From the NCBI RefSeq assembly GCF_009914755.1, contig NC_060937.1: 64,000 bases of DNA, one strand, 5' to 3'. The position numbers and the translations under genes are program-made. Position 1 is the first letter of the stretch. The number at the start of each line of letters is the position of its first letter. Below the pieces are notes generated by a model. The model was not told where the DNA came from, made no database searches, and saw only the letters and a list, made by a program, of their open reading frames with translations. This document shows, one piece after another, positions 49,227 to 62,487 of this stretch. Source of the DNA: the human T2T-CHM13v2.0 reference genome, Homo sapiens.

Positions 49227-50362
49227 CTTTATTTTATTTTTATTTATTTATTTTTATTATACTTTAAGTTTTAGGGTACATGTGCACAACGTGCAGGTTA
49301 GTTACATATGTATACATGTGCCATGTTGGTGTGCTGCACCCATTAACTTGTCATTTAGCATTAGGTATATCTCCTAATGCTATCCCTCCCCCGTCCCCCC
49401 ACCCCACAACAGGCGCCGGTGTGTGATGTTCCACTTCCTGTGTCTATGTGTTCTCATTGTTCACTTCCCACCTGTGAGTGAGAACATGCAGTGTTTGGTT
49501 TTTTGTCCTTGCGATAGTTTGCTGAGAATGATGGTTTCCAGCTTCAGCCATGTCCCTACAAAGGACATGAACTCATCATTTTTCATGGCTGCATAGTATT
49601 CCATGGTGTATATGTGCCACATTTTCTTAATCCAGTCTATCATTGTTGGACATTTGGGTTGGTTCCAAGTCTTTGCTATTGTGAATAGTGCCGCAATAAA
49701 CATACGTGTGCACGTGTCTTTATAGCAGCATGATTTACAATCCTTTGGGTATATACCCAGTAATGGGATGGCTGGGTCAAATGGTATTTCCAGTTCTAGA
49801 TCCCTGAGGAATCGCCACACTGACTTCCACAATGGTTGAACTAGTTTACAGTCCCACCAACAGTGTAAAAGTGTTCCTATTTCTCCACATCCTCTCCAGC
49901 ACCTGTTGTTTCCTGACTTTTTAATGATTGCCATTCTAACTGGTGTGAGATGGCATCTCATTGTGGTTTTGATTTGCATTTCTCTGATGGCCAGTGATGA
50001 GCATTTTTTCATGTGTCTTTTGGCTGCATAAATGTCTTCTTTTGAGAAGCGTCTGTTCATATCCTTCACCCACTTTTTGATGGGGTTGTTTGGTTTTTTC
50101 TTGTAAACTTGTTTGAGTTCTTTGGAGATTCTGGATATTAGCCTTCTGTCAGATGAGTAGATTGCAAAAATTTTCTCCCATTCTGTAGGTTGCCTGTTCA
50201 CTCTGATGGTATTTTCTTTTGCTGTGCAGAAGCTCTTTAGTTTAATTAGATCCCATTTGTCAATTTTGGCTTTTGTTGCCATTGCTTTTGGTGTTTTAGA
50301 CATGAAGTCCTTGCCCATGCCTATGTCCTGAATGGTATTGCCTAGGTTTTCTTCTAGGGTTT
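49227..50362 (-). mobile_element. 5'-truncated young L1PA (about L1PA3/PA4), ~1.1 kb
   Basis: Open 285-aa ORF2p C-terminal segment (49461..50318) including [19 protein letters not shown]; L1PA 3' UTR and (TTTA)n tail. Confidence 0.96.
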
Positions 50363-50949
50363 AGATAACATTTAACCTGCTCTGACCTACAGTTTTTGTT
50401 ACGGAATTAATCTAACATTTTCTCTGACTTCATCAATTAAATAACTTAGTTTATCAAATTGTCTTGATTTGAACTAATATTAATATAGAATCTAGCTCAT
50501 CCAATAAATTGTTTTCTCATAATGTTATTCAATTAAGTGAATTCTCGCCCTACATAGAGATATTCAATGTCCAGGTCTTTATTGTTCTATGAATTAAGAA
50601 GAGGGTTTGTAGGAACTATTAGGGAGCCTATCCCTCTTTGCTGATAGAATATACAGAAGGAGGAAAGAAAAATGTAGGAAGAATTATAAATAACACATTT
50701 TTAGGGCTCAGACTCTTCTTGCACTGAGTCTGCCTTTCTGAGCGTTTGTGCAAAAATATCTTTATTTCAAGTGAAATATAGTGAAAATTCCTGCAGTCTC
50801 ATCTGAAGACTTACTGAATATATTGTTTTCCAGTGTTTTCTAGAGAGTACCTATTATCTAATAAAGGAGGTGACTGTAAGTGAGACCATTTATCAGATTA
50901 TGTGCTCTTTCCACTGCAGGCTAGAGGGCTGGTGGAGAGGAGGAGGAAG

Positions 50950-51090
50950 CACAAACATTTTCTGAATAGCTAAAAAGTACTTTGTTGCATAAATGATCTG
51001 ACTGAATCCTCACTAACTTTATGAAATTGGTTCTAATTTTATTGTCTTCATTTTATAAATAAAGGAACAGAGGTTTTTAAGGTAAAGTCA
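50950..51090 (-). mobile_element. MIR fragment
   Basis: aatcctcactaactttatgaaattggttc...cattttataaataaaggaacagagg. Confidence 0.6.
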
Positions 51091-51704
51091 TATAATTTAT
51101 GTATTTTATTAAATCCAAATCAGTATTGTCTTAAGACATTCTTTTTCTTAAGTATTACTAAAGAGAGAAAAAATGATTAAGAAAACATTTAAAGAAGTGT
51201 TTCTATTGCAGAAATATGCAAATGTTAAGCACATATGGGAGTAACAGCAGCAACATAGAAGGACTAGAAGAAAGCTACAGGCCCTTCTTCCCACACAGAA
51301 ACACCAAGTTAACAACTATATATGGATAAGAATACCTCTGTGTGGACTCTAGGAACTGGTTGAGAAGCTACAAAACTCAGGCCTTTGAAAACCAGGACTA
51401 GATTTCAGTGAAAACAGCAGAAAAATTTGTAGCAATTGGCACATCTGTTTATGACCCCCTCCCACTCCCCCACCTCCCCCCGTGTGTCATAGCCAGAGCA
51501 ATTGGATAGAAACCCACTAAACTTAGGATCTTCCATTGGAATGGGAACACAGTAGTTAACTGTGAGACCAAGTAGTACAACAAAAGAGTAGACCATGTGA
51601 TTAATGGGTCTAGGGGTTCTCCAAGGGACTAGTTTCTTTCCCACCTGACTCAGAGAGCTGACAAGATAGTTGCCAGAGTTTGGAAGCTGCTAAAAACAAA
51701 AGCA

Positions 51705-51842
51705 AGCAGGAAATCTTAGACAAAGCATTCAGACAAGAGAAAGAAATAAAGGGCATCCACATTGGAAAGGAAGATATCAAATTATGCTCTTTTGCAGATG
51801 ATATGATCTTATATTTGGAAAAACCTAAAGACTCCACACACA

Positions 51843-51875
<33 letters not shown>

Positions 51876-53305
51876 CATTAGAAGTGATAAACAAATTCAG
51901 TAAAGTTTCAGGATGCAAAATCAATATACAATAAGTAGATAGTGCACAAATCTGAAAAAGAAGTCAAGAAAGTAATCTCATTACAATAGCTACAAGTAAA
52001 ATAAAATACCTAAGAATAAACTTAACTAAAGAAATAAAAGATCCCCACAATAAAAACTATAAAATATTGATGCAAGAAATTGAAGAGGGTATATAAAAAT
52101 GGGAGGATATTCCATGTTCATGAGTTGGAAGAATAAATATTGTTAAAATATCCGTACTACCCTAAAGCAATCTACAGAAGCAATGCAGTCCCTATCAAAA
52201 TACCAAGAACATTCCTTACACAAATAGTAAATATATCCTAAAGTTTATATGAAACCACAAAAGACCTAAAATAGCCAAAGCTATCCTAAGCAGAAAGAAC
52301 AAAACTAGAGGAGTCACTTTACCTGACTTCAAATTATACTACAGAGCTATGTAACCAAAATCTCATGGTACTGGCATAAAAAGAGACACATAGACCAATG
52401 AAACAGATTAGAAAACCCAGAAATAAATCCATACATCAATAGTGAACTCACTTTTGACAAAGGTGCCAAGAACATACATTGGATAAAGGATGGTGTCTTC
52501 AATAAATGGTACTGGGAAAACTGGACATTGATATGCAGAAGAATGAAACTTGATCCCTATCTCTCACTGTACGTAAATCAAAAAGGATTAAATACTTAAA
52601 TCTAAGACCTCAAACTATAAAACTATTAAAAGAAACCATTATGAAACTCTCCAGGGCATTGTTCTGGGCAAAGATTTCTTGAGTAATATCCTACAAGCAC
52701 AGGCAACTGAAGCAAAAATGGACAGATGGGTTCACATCGAGTTAAAACGTTTCTGCACAGCAAAGAAAACAATCAACAAAGTGAGGAGACAACCCACAGA
52801 ATGGGAGGAAATATTTGCAAACTACTCATCTGACAAGGAATTAATAACCAGAGTATATAAGGAGTTAAAACAACTCTGTAGGAAAAAAAAAATCTGTTAA
52901 ACCTATTACAAATGGGCAAAAGCTATGAATAGACATTTCTCAAAAAAAAAAAGACATACAAATGGCAAACAAGTATGTGAAAAGGTGCTCAACATCACTG
53001 ATCATCAGAGAAATGCAAATCAAAACTACAATGAGATATCATCTCACCCCAGTTAAAATGACTTTTATCCAAAAGACAGGCAATGCTGGTGAGGATATGG
53101 AGAAAAGAGAACCCTTGTACATTGTTGGTGGAAATGTAAATTAGTACAAACATTATAGAGAATAGTTTGGAGGTTCCTCAAAAAAACCACAAATAGAGCT
53201 ACCACATGATTCAGCAATCCCACTGCTAAGTATATACATGAAAGAAAGGAAATAAAGCATATTGTCAAAGAGACTGCACTCTCCTGTTTACTGTAACACT
53301 ATTCA
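51705..53305 (+). mobile_element. Younger L1 (L1MA/L1PB-type) ORF2 fragment inside the old L1 5' UTR
   Basis: [35 protein letters not shown] (RT core motif) through the C-terminal region; no 3' UTR or tail; (CA)n at 51835-51874. Confidence 0.85.
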
Positions 53306-54499
53306 CAAATGGAATGGTATTCACCTGCACAAAGCCAGTACACAAAGACTGGAAAAGATGGCTGTTTTCAAATTCCCAAATCCCAGTAAAAAGAAATTAC
53401 AAGGCATGCAAAAAAAAAAAAAAAAAAAAAGAAAAAGAAAACATAGTCAATCAAAGGAACAAAATAAAACTCTAGGAACTGACCCTAAAGGAATGTGGAT
53501 CTAAGAGCTGCCTAAGAATTTAAAATAACTATTATAAAAACACTCAATGACCTAAAGGAACACAGGTAAACAACTGGATAAAATCAGATTAATGATGCAG
53601 GAACAAAATGAGAATATCAACAAAGAGACAGAAACAATAAAATAGAACCAAATATAAATTCTAGGTTTGACAATACTGAGCTAAAAACATTCATCAAGAG
53701 GTTCGACAGCAGACTTGATCAGAAAGGAGAAATAGCAAACTTGAAGACAGGTCATTTAGAATCATTGAGTTAAAAGAGCAAAAGGAATAAAAAAAATAAA
53801 AGAGTAGAGCCTAAAGGGCTTATAAGATGCCATCAAGTAGACCAATATGTGATTTATGATGATCTCAGAAGAAGAAAGAGAGAAATACGCAGAAAGCTTA
53901 TTTGAAGAAATAATGCCTGAAAACTTCTTAAATCTGAGGAAAGAAATGGAAATATAAATTTGAGAAGTTCAAGTGACTTCAATTATATAAATTTAGAGAT
54001 CCATACATAGATACATTATAATCAAACTGTCTACAGTCAGAGACAAAGACAATCTTGAAAGCAGAAATAGAGTTACTCATCACAAACAAGTAAGTTTTTA
54101 TAAGATTATCAATGAACTTCCCAGAAAAAATATTGCAGGCCAGGAGGGAGTAGGATGATACAGTCAAAGTACTGAAAGAAAAAAGAAAAACAATTGCAGC
54201 CAAGGATACCGTATCTGGCAAAACTATGCTTCAGGAGAAGGAGAAGTTAGGTTTTCTCCAAATGGACAAAAACTGAGGGACTTCATTGTCACTAGGCCTG
54301 CTTACAAGAAATACTAAAAGGAGTTCTTCAAGTTGAAATAAAAGGATGGTCCACAAAAGCATAAAGCTGTATGGAAATATAAGACTTTTTAGTAAAGGTA
54401 AATACATGTAAAAATTTAGTAGCCAGTATTATTATAATTTTGGTGCATAGAACTTAAATGGCAAAAATAGAGAAAAATCTATAAATCTGTATTAATAGA

Positions 54500-54720
54500 T
54501 TTGTATATATGTATGTATATGTGTATATATATGCAAATTTATATATTTGTGTGTATATATATACACAAATCACATCTCTCTCTGTGTGTATATATATATA
54601 TATAGATGTGATCTATATATATATCTATAGATCTCTGTGTGTATATATATAGATGTGATCTATAGATACATAGATGTATATCTATAGATCACATCTATAG
54701 ATGTGATTTGTGATTTGTGA
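54500..54720. repeat. (TA)n/(TAGA) complex microsatellite with nested inverted repeats
   Basis: 21-bp perfect inverted arms 54648-54668 and 54679-54699; 20-bp palindrome 54688-54707. Confidence 0.9.
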
Positions 54721-55129
54721 CATTAATAGCATGAGTAGGGGAGGGTATAACCAAAAAGACTAGTACTTTTTGTATTATATTCTAATTGTATATTAGAGTA
54801 CTTATATACAATTGAAATTAAGTCAATAATGGTTTAAAATACAGTGCTACAATTTTAAGATGTATTATGTCATTGCAGTGTTAACAACAATGAAACTGTA
54901 GAATATACGCAAAGGAAATGAGAATCAAAGCAAATCACCAAGAAAAAAAAATCAATAAAACACCAAAAAAGCACTATTGAAGGACAAAAAAGCTATAAGA
55001 CAAAAAGGAAACAATTTTTAAATGGCTATACTAAGTCCTTCCCTATCATTAATTACTACAGATATAAATGGGTTAAACTGCCTAGTCAAAAGACATAGAT
55101 TGGTTAAATGGATATGAAAACCCAGATCA

Positions 55130-55427
55130 GGCCAGGAGCAGTGGCTCATGCCTGTAATTCCAGCACTTTGGGAGGCTGAGACAAGTGGATCATAAGGTCA
55201 GGAGTTCAAGACCAGCCTGGCCACCATGGTGAACCCCTGTGTCTACTAAAGCTACAAAAATTAGCCGGGCACAGTGGCAGGTGCCTGTAATCTCAGCTGC
55301 TTGGGAGGCTGAGGCAGAATAATTGCTTGAACCTGGGTGGCGGAGGTTACAGTGAGCTGAGACAGCACCACTGCACTCCAGCCTGGGCAACAGAGTGAGA
55401 CTCCATTAAAAAAAAAAAAGAGAGCGA
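55130..55427 (+). mobile_element. Alu (AluS-type)
   Basis: Full dimer; TSD aaaacccagatca at 55117-55129 and 55428-55440. Confidence 0.95.
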
Positions 55428-56601
55428 AAAACCCAGATCAAATTATGTATTTTATATAAGAGAAGCATTTCAGATCTAAGGACATGCGTAGACTGAAAAT
55501 GAAAAGGTGAAAAAAGATATCTCATAAAAACAAAGAGAACAAATGTAGCTATACCAAGAGCAGAAAAATAAACTTTAAATTGAAAAGTTTTTTGAGAAAC
55601 AAAGAAGGATAGTGTATAAAGAGAAAAGGGCCAATTCACCAAGAAGATAAAACAATTATAAATGTTTATGTAGCAAACCTCAGCTCTCCTAAATATATAA
55701 AACAAACTTTGGCAAAACTGAATGGAGAAATAAACAACAAGAAAATAACAGTAGAAAACGTTAATTTCATTCTTTCAATAATAGATATAACAACCAGACT
55801 GAAGATTAATAAGGAAATACAGAAATAAATACTATAGACCAAAGTGACCTAACAAACATATACAGCACACTATACTCAATAACAGAATAATGGACATTTT
55901 TCTCTGCTACGCATGTACCATTCTCCAGGTTAGACCACATGTAGACACCCAATACAAGTCTTTACAAATTTAAGAATAAAATCATACAAAGTGTCTTTTC
56001 TGTTCTTAATACAATGATACTAGAATTCAACAGTACAAGAAAAACTGGGTCAAAGAACAAGTTACAAGGACAATTAGCAAACACCTTGAGACAAATGAAA
56101 ATGAAAACACAACATACAAAAACTTCTATGATGCAGCAAAAGTACTGCTAAGAGGTACATTTATAACTGTATATGTGCACATAAAGAAAAATGACCAATG
56201 AAGAACCTAAATTTTACTTCAAGAAAATAGAAAAAAACAAGAGCAAACCAAACCTAAAGCTAGCAGGATGAAAAAATAAAGATTAGAACAGAGATAAATA
56301 GAATAGAATCAGCAGAAAAAAGACCAAAAAAACGCTTAGCACTTTTTTTAAAGATCAAAAAAATAAACCCTTAGCTATATTAAGAAAAAAATAGAGGAGA
56401 CTCAAATGAAATCAGAAATAAAAGAGAGAACATTACAACTAATGCCACAGAAATAAAAACAAAAATTATCCGAGAATACTATGAAAAATTGTGTGCCAAC
56501 AAATTGGATAACCTGGAAGGAATGTATAAATTTCTAGATACACAAAACCTACAAAAACAGAATCATGAAGAAATAGAAAATCTGAACAGACCAATAGCAA
56601 G

Positions 56602-56986
56602 TGATATGGTTTGGATCTGTGTCCCTACCCAAATCTCTTGCTGAACTGTAATCCCCAAATGTTAGAGGTAGGGCCTGGTGGGAAGTGACTGGATCAAGGG
56701 AGTGGATTTCCCTCTTATGCTGCTCTTGTGACAGTGAGTGAGCGCTCCTGAGATGTGGTTGTGTGAAAGCACGTGGCACCTCCCCACTTTCTCTCTTCCT
56801 CCTACTCTGGCCATGTAAGACACGCCTACTTCCCCTTTGCCTTCCACCATGATTGAAAGTTTTCTGAGGCCTCCCCAGAAGCCATCATGCTTCCTGTACA
56901 GCCTGTGGAACCGTCATCCAATTTAACCTCTTTTCTTTATAAATTACCCACTCTCAGGTATATATATAGCAGTGCAAGTATGGACA
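56602..56986 (+). mobile_element. MST (MSTA/B) solo LTR
   Basis: tgatatggtttggatctgtgtccctacccaaatctc...; 5-bp TSD gcaag. Confidence 0.92.
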
Positions 56987-57387
56987 GCAAGTAAGGAGGT
57001 TGAATAAGTAATGAAAAACTTTCCAAGAAAGAAAAGCCCAAGATCAAATGGCATCACTGGAGAATTCCATATATAATTTGAAGAGGAATTAACACTAGTA
57101 TTCCTGAAATAATTTCAAAAATTTAAACAGGAGGAATCCAAGGTCATCCTATGAGGCCAAGATTACTCTAATACCAAAACCAAGCAAAGACAATACAAGA
57201 AAAGAAAACTACAGACCAATATCCTTGAAAAATATTGAAAAAAAATTCTCAGTAAGATGCTAGCAAATTGAATTCAACAGCACTTTAGAAGGATTATATG
57301 CTATGACCAAGTGGAATTTATTCCTGGCATACAAGGATGATTCAACATATGAAAATCAGTCAGTGTAATACATCTCATTAACAGAAG

Positions 57388-57930
57388 TGTTATTGGCATC
57401 CTGGGTTCTTGTACTCTCCCAGGACAGAATTCAAGAGAGATCACCAGACATAGCATCAAAGAGAAAGACAAATATTTATTTAGCTTATGCACAAGGAAGT
57501 CAGCACTTCAAAAGGGATAGGATACGCTGTTCCCTGAGGGTAGTCTGTGGATTGTTTTATAGGGCCTTCCAATAGGGAAGTGGTTAGTCAGGGCATGTAT
57601 AGGAGGAATTTTTCTAGCCCTTGCACAGTGGCTTTACCAGTTTCTTCATACATACATTGTGTGTAACATTAAGATTTTAAATCTCCACCCAGGTTGTAAT
57701 TTTTAACATTAAAATTAGGAAAGGGGTAACTATAAGTTGAATCTAACTGCACATGTGGGGCTCTGGAAAAGTCTTTAGCTGCCTAAAGCAGCAACTTGTG
57801 GTTAATAATTTATTGGGTCTTTCGTTGCTGATTGGCTGGAAGTCAGGTAAGCTACAGCTTGAGTAAGAGGCTTTTGTTCTTTTTCTCTAAACTACATCAA
57901 AACAAGAAACCAGCCAGCCTGCCTGTCTCA
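57388..57930 (-). mobile_element. ERV1 (MER4-group) solo LTR, subfamily not assigned
   Basis: TG...CA termini (tgttattggc...cctgtctca); 4-bp TSD gaag; minus-strand TATAAAA and AATAAA; interrupts L1 ORF2. Confidence 0.85.
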
Positions 57931-59009
57931 GAAGGAGGACCAAAAACCATGTGATCTTCTAATTTGATGGAAAAAAACTATTTGACAAAATTTAACATTT
58001 TTTGCATGTGAAAAACGCTCAACAATCTAAGAATAGAAGGAAACTAGCTCAACATAATAAAGACCATTTATGACACGCCCACAGCTAACATCATACTCAA
58101 CAGCGAAAGTTTGAAGAGCTTACCTCTAAAATCAGGAACAAAGAAAGAATGGTCACAGATGCCCTTTCTATTCAACCTAGTAACAGAAGACATAGAGCTA
58201 TTAAGCAAGAAAAGGAAATCAAAGGAAGCCAAATCAGAAAGAAGAATAAATATTTCTGTCCATAGATTAAATGATTTTATATGTAATGAAACTCTAAAGA
58301 TTTCACACATACAAACCTGTTAGAACTAATAAACAAGTTCAGCAAAGTTGCCGTATATAAAACCACCAATATTAGTTTTACTTCTATATACTAATTCTGA
58401 GCAATCCAAAAAGGAAATTCAATTTCATTTATAATAACATCAAAAAAAGTTAAACACTTGGGAATAAACTGAAACCAAGGAGTCAAAAGACTTGTATACT
58501 TGTTTTATAGTCAAAACGTTGTTGAAAGAAATTAAAGAAGGCGCAAATAAATGAAAGAAAACTCCATGTTTATTGATTAGAAAATGTGATATTGTTAAGA
58601 TGTTCATACTACCCAGAGTGATCTATGTATTCAATCCAATTTTTATCAAAATCTCAACAGCCATTTTTTGCAGAATTAGAAAAAATCATTCTAAAATTAA
58701 TAAAGAATTTCAAGGGACCCCTAATACCCAAATAATTTTGGAAAAAAAAAAGAACTAAAGTAGAGGACTCACATTCCCTGATTTGAAAAAATGTTACAAA
58801 ACTATACTAATCACAACAGTGTGGTATTGGCATAAAGAGAGTCAAGAAGACTAATGAAATAGAATAGAGAGCACAGAAATAAACCTTCATGTAAATGGTT
58901 ATATGATCTTCGCAAGGATGCCAAGGCCACTCAATGGGAAAAGTATATCCTCTTTAACAAATAGTGCCATGAAAACTGGATATTGACATTAAAATAATGA
59001 AGTTATTTT

Positions 59010-59402
59010 TGTGATGGTTAATTTTTCATGTCAACTTGACTGGGCCACAAAGTGCCGAAATTAAACATTATTTCTGGGTGTGTCCATGAGGGTGTTTCTG
59101 GAAGAGATTAACATGTGAATTGGTAGGCACAGTAAAGTAGGTTGCTCTTCCCAGTGCGGGTGTGGCATCATTCAATTCTTGAAGTCCTCAATAGAATGAA
59201 AAGCAGAGGAAAGAAAGATTCGTCTCCTACCTGCCTGCTTACTTGAGCTAAAATATTGTCCTTCTCCTGCCCTTGGACTAAAATTTACGCCATCAGCTCC
59301 CGTGGCTTTCAGCCTTCAGACTTTGCCTGGAATTACACCAACTCCCCTGGGTCTCCAGTTTGCAGATGGCAAGATGGTGGGGCTTCTCATCTTCCACAAT
59401 CA
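59010..59402 (+). mobile_element. MLT2 (MLT2C/D-type) LTR, 3' end missing
   Basis: tgtgatggttaatttttcatgtcaacttgactgggccac...; stops at cttccacaatca and L1 ORF2 resumes further downstream. Confidence 0.88.
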
Positions 59403-60796
59403 AACTTAAACACTTTTATTTATCAAAGAATACAACCAGGAGTTAAAACATAACCTATAGATTGGGAGAAAATACTTTCAAATTATGTATCTGATGAGTT
59501 ACTATCTAGAATACACAAAGAATTCATACAACTCAACAATAAAAACAAATCATATAACCTGAGTAAAAAATGGCAATGGACTTGAATAGACATGTTTCCC
59601 AAGAAGATATACACATGGCCACCAAGTGTAAAAAAATGCTCAACATCACTGATCATCAGAATATTATAAATCATACCCACAATATCACCTCACACCCATT
59701 AGAATGACTACTAAAAAAAATGATAATTTTTGGTGAGATTATGAATAAATTGGAGCCCTTGTGCACTGTTGGTGTGATGGTAAAATAGTGCAACTGCTTT
59801 GGAAAATAGTATGGAGTTTCATTTAAAAATTAAGAATAAAATGACCATATAATCCAAAAATCTCACTTATGGGTTTATATCTAAAAGAACTGAAATCAGA
59901 ATCTTAAAAATATATTTGTACACACATGTTAATATCAGCACCATTCATAATAGCCATGATGTGGAAGTAACCCAAATGTCCATGGATAAATGAATGGTTA
60001 AGGAAAATACGGTATATACATAAAGTGAAATATTATTCAGCCTTAAAAAGGGAAGGAAATCTTGTCTATACTGCAACATGGGTAGAAACAGGTATCAGAA
60101 TGGTGGTTAGAAAAGGCTGAAGGTAGGAGGAAAAGGAAAGTTATTTAACAAGATTCAGATTTGCAAGATGAAAAAGTTCTGGAGATATGTTTCACAACAA
60201 CATGAGCATACTTATCACTGTTACGTTGCACATTTAAAGTGGTGAAGATGATAAATTTATGCTAGGATTTTTCACAATAAAAAGTGAGTATAAAAATGTG
60301 AGCACTTCTGCATCTAATAGCAATTAAATACAGGCAAATGGTAAATCAGTGATTCAGAAATACATCTAAGTTCAAAAATAGTCATTTTTATACAGTTCCA
60401 ATCTACATAGCTAAATGTACATTTTCTCAAAATCCTTTATTTCAAACAGGTGGGGCGAAAATATTTATACCCTTACCTTAAAAGTTCACATATATGACAG
60501 AACAAAAATATTTTTATATTGTCTAACTTTTAATAGGCTTCTGGCAATATTGAAAAAGTTGCTGGTTGTCATACATCTAAAATTTCATAAACATAGCATT
60601 AAAGTTTACCAGATATCAGAGAGTAGAAACTCTGGGAAGTAAAGAAAGAGGAAGGAAAGAAACAGGAGGAAGAGACCCTTTCTCCAGCCAGCCTATTAAC
60701 TGGCAAAATGCACAGTTTAATCATTAAAACAAGGAATCCAGCCCGGGAGTCATGTAAAGTCATGTCCCTGTCGTCTCTCAGTGTCACTGTATTTCA

Positions 60797-60953
60797 GCGT
60801 TCTCAATATTACCTGCGAGGGATTGCTGAAATGCAGCCTCCTGGGTTATCTTCAGTTGTATTATATCAGATTCACTGAGGGGAAGGTGAGAAATCTGGTA
60901 TTCTACAAACTCCCAAGATAATTCTTATACATGCTAATAGTTGGGAATTACTG
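60797..60953. mobile_element. MER5-type hAT DNA transposon
   Basis: cagcgttctcaa...atcagattcactgagggg...aaactcccaagataattcttatacatgctaatagttgggaattactg. Confidence 0.7.
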
Positions 60954-61021
60954 TTGATTCTCTTAGTTTCGGCTAATCTTCTTGGACAATTTCTAAATAT
61001 CTTGAAAATATTTATGTGTGT

Positions 61022-61712
<691 letters not shown>

Positions 61713-61721
61713 AGATGTGTT

Positions 61722-61724
<3 letters not shown>

Positions 61725-61765
<41 letters not shown>
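61725..61765. repeat. (CA)n microsatellite
   Basis: About 20 uninterrupted AC units. Confidence 0.97.
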
Positions 61766-61771
<6 letters not shown>

Positions 61772-61907
61772 GCAAAAGAGACTATAGATGACTTTGGAGT
61801 CACTCAAAATACATACATGTATTATAATCTTCCATATGAATTTTAAGATACATTGCCTTGATAAACATATTTTGCTTTGGGACAGAGGAGCTTTTTAAAA
61901 ATTCCAG

Positions 61908-62487
61908 TTTACTACAAGAACAAGCGACGATAACACTGGTGGGCTGGGGGAGGTCCCCAAAAGCCAGTGGGACCTCGACCCCACCTGGTGTCCAGGCTCT
62001 TGACAAGATCACGAGAAGGAATTAAAAGATGAGTCTGAAAATAGTGAAATTACAGAGATTTACTGTACAGGGCAAAGTACACACTCAAGAAAGGCGAGTG
62101 TAGACATACTCGAGAGAGATGTGCTGAGATTTCTATCATTGTGGCTTTCTTTAACCAAGGGGTAGAATATTCATGAAAATTCCTGGAAAAAGGTAGAGAT
62201 TTCTAGGAACTGTGATGTCACCCATGTTTACCCCAAATATAGGTTTCCCCAGAACTGTCATGGGGTGGGTAGGTTGCTGATTTTGTATATTAATGAGTGT
62301 GTAATGAGGTCCTAGGTGAAACCTAAGTCAAATCCAGTGCTGTGTTGGGTCCAGCCAGTCTCAGCCAGCTTGATCCACACCCTGTTTTTCAGGTTCTGAT
62401 CAACCCATAGCCTAAAGTCATGTGAAACTGCTGCCTGGAATTTTTTTTTTTGTTCACCTGTGACCACCCTGTATTATTCCTGTCTCA
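61908..62487 (-). mobile_element. ERV1 solo LTR, MER66-like
   Basis: Minus strand begins TGAGACAGGAATAATACAGGGTGGTC...AATTCCAGGCAGCAGTTTCACATGAC as recalled for MER66; left boundary approximate. Confidence 0.75.

Larger units (their letters stand above)
51245..60283 (+). mobile_element. Near full-length old L1 (L1MB-type 3' end) hosting several nested elements
   Basis: 5' UTR-like 51245-51700 resuming at about 53305; ORF1 remnant about 53440-54350; EN region from about 55020; RT region 57000-58300; 3' end gcaagatgaaaaagttctggagat...cacaataaaaag. Confidence 0.85.

Noticed and set aside
49461-50318. Longest ORF (285 aa) as a gene
   Set aside because: It is the C-terminal part of L1 ORF2p in a 5'-truncated copy with no promoter, EN or RT domain
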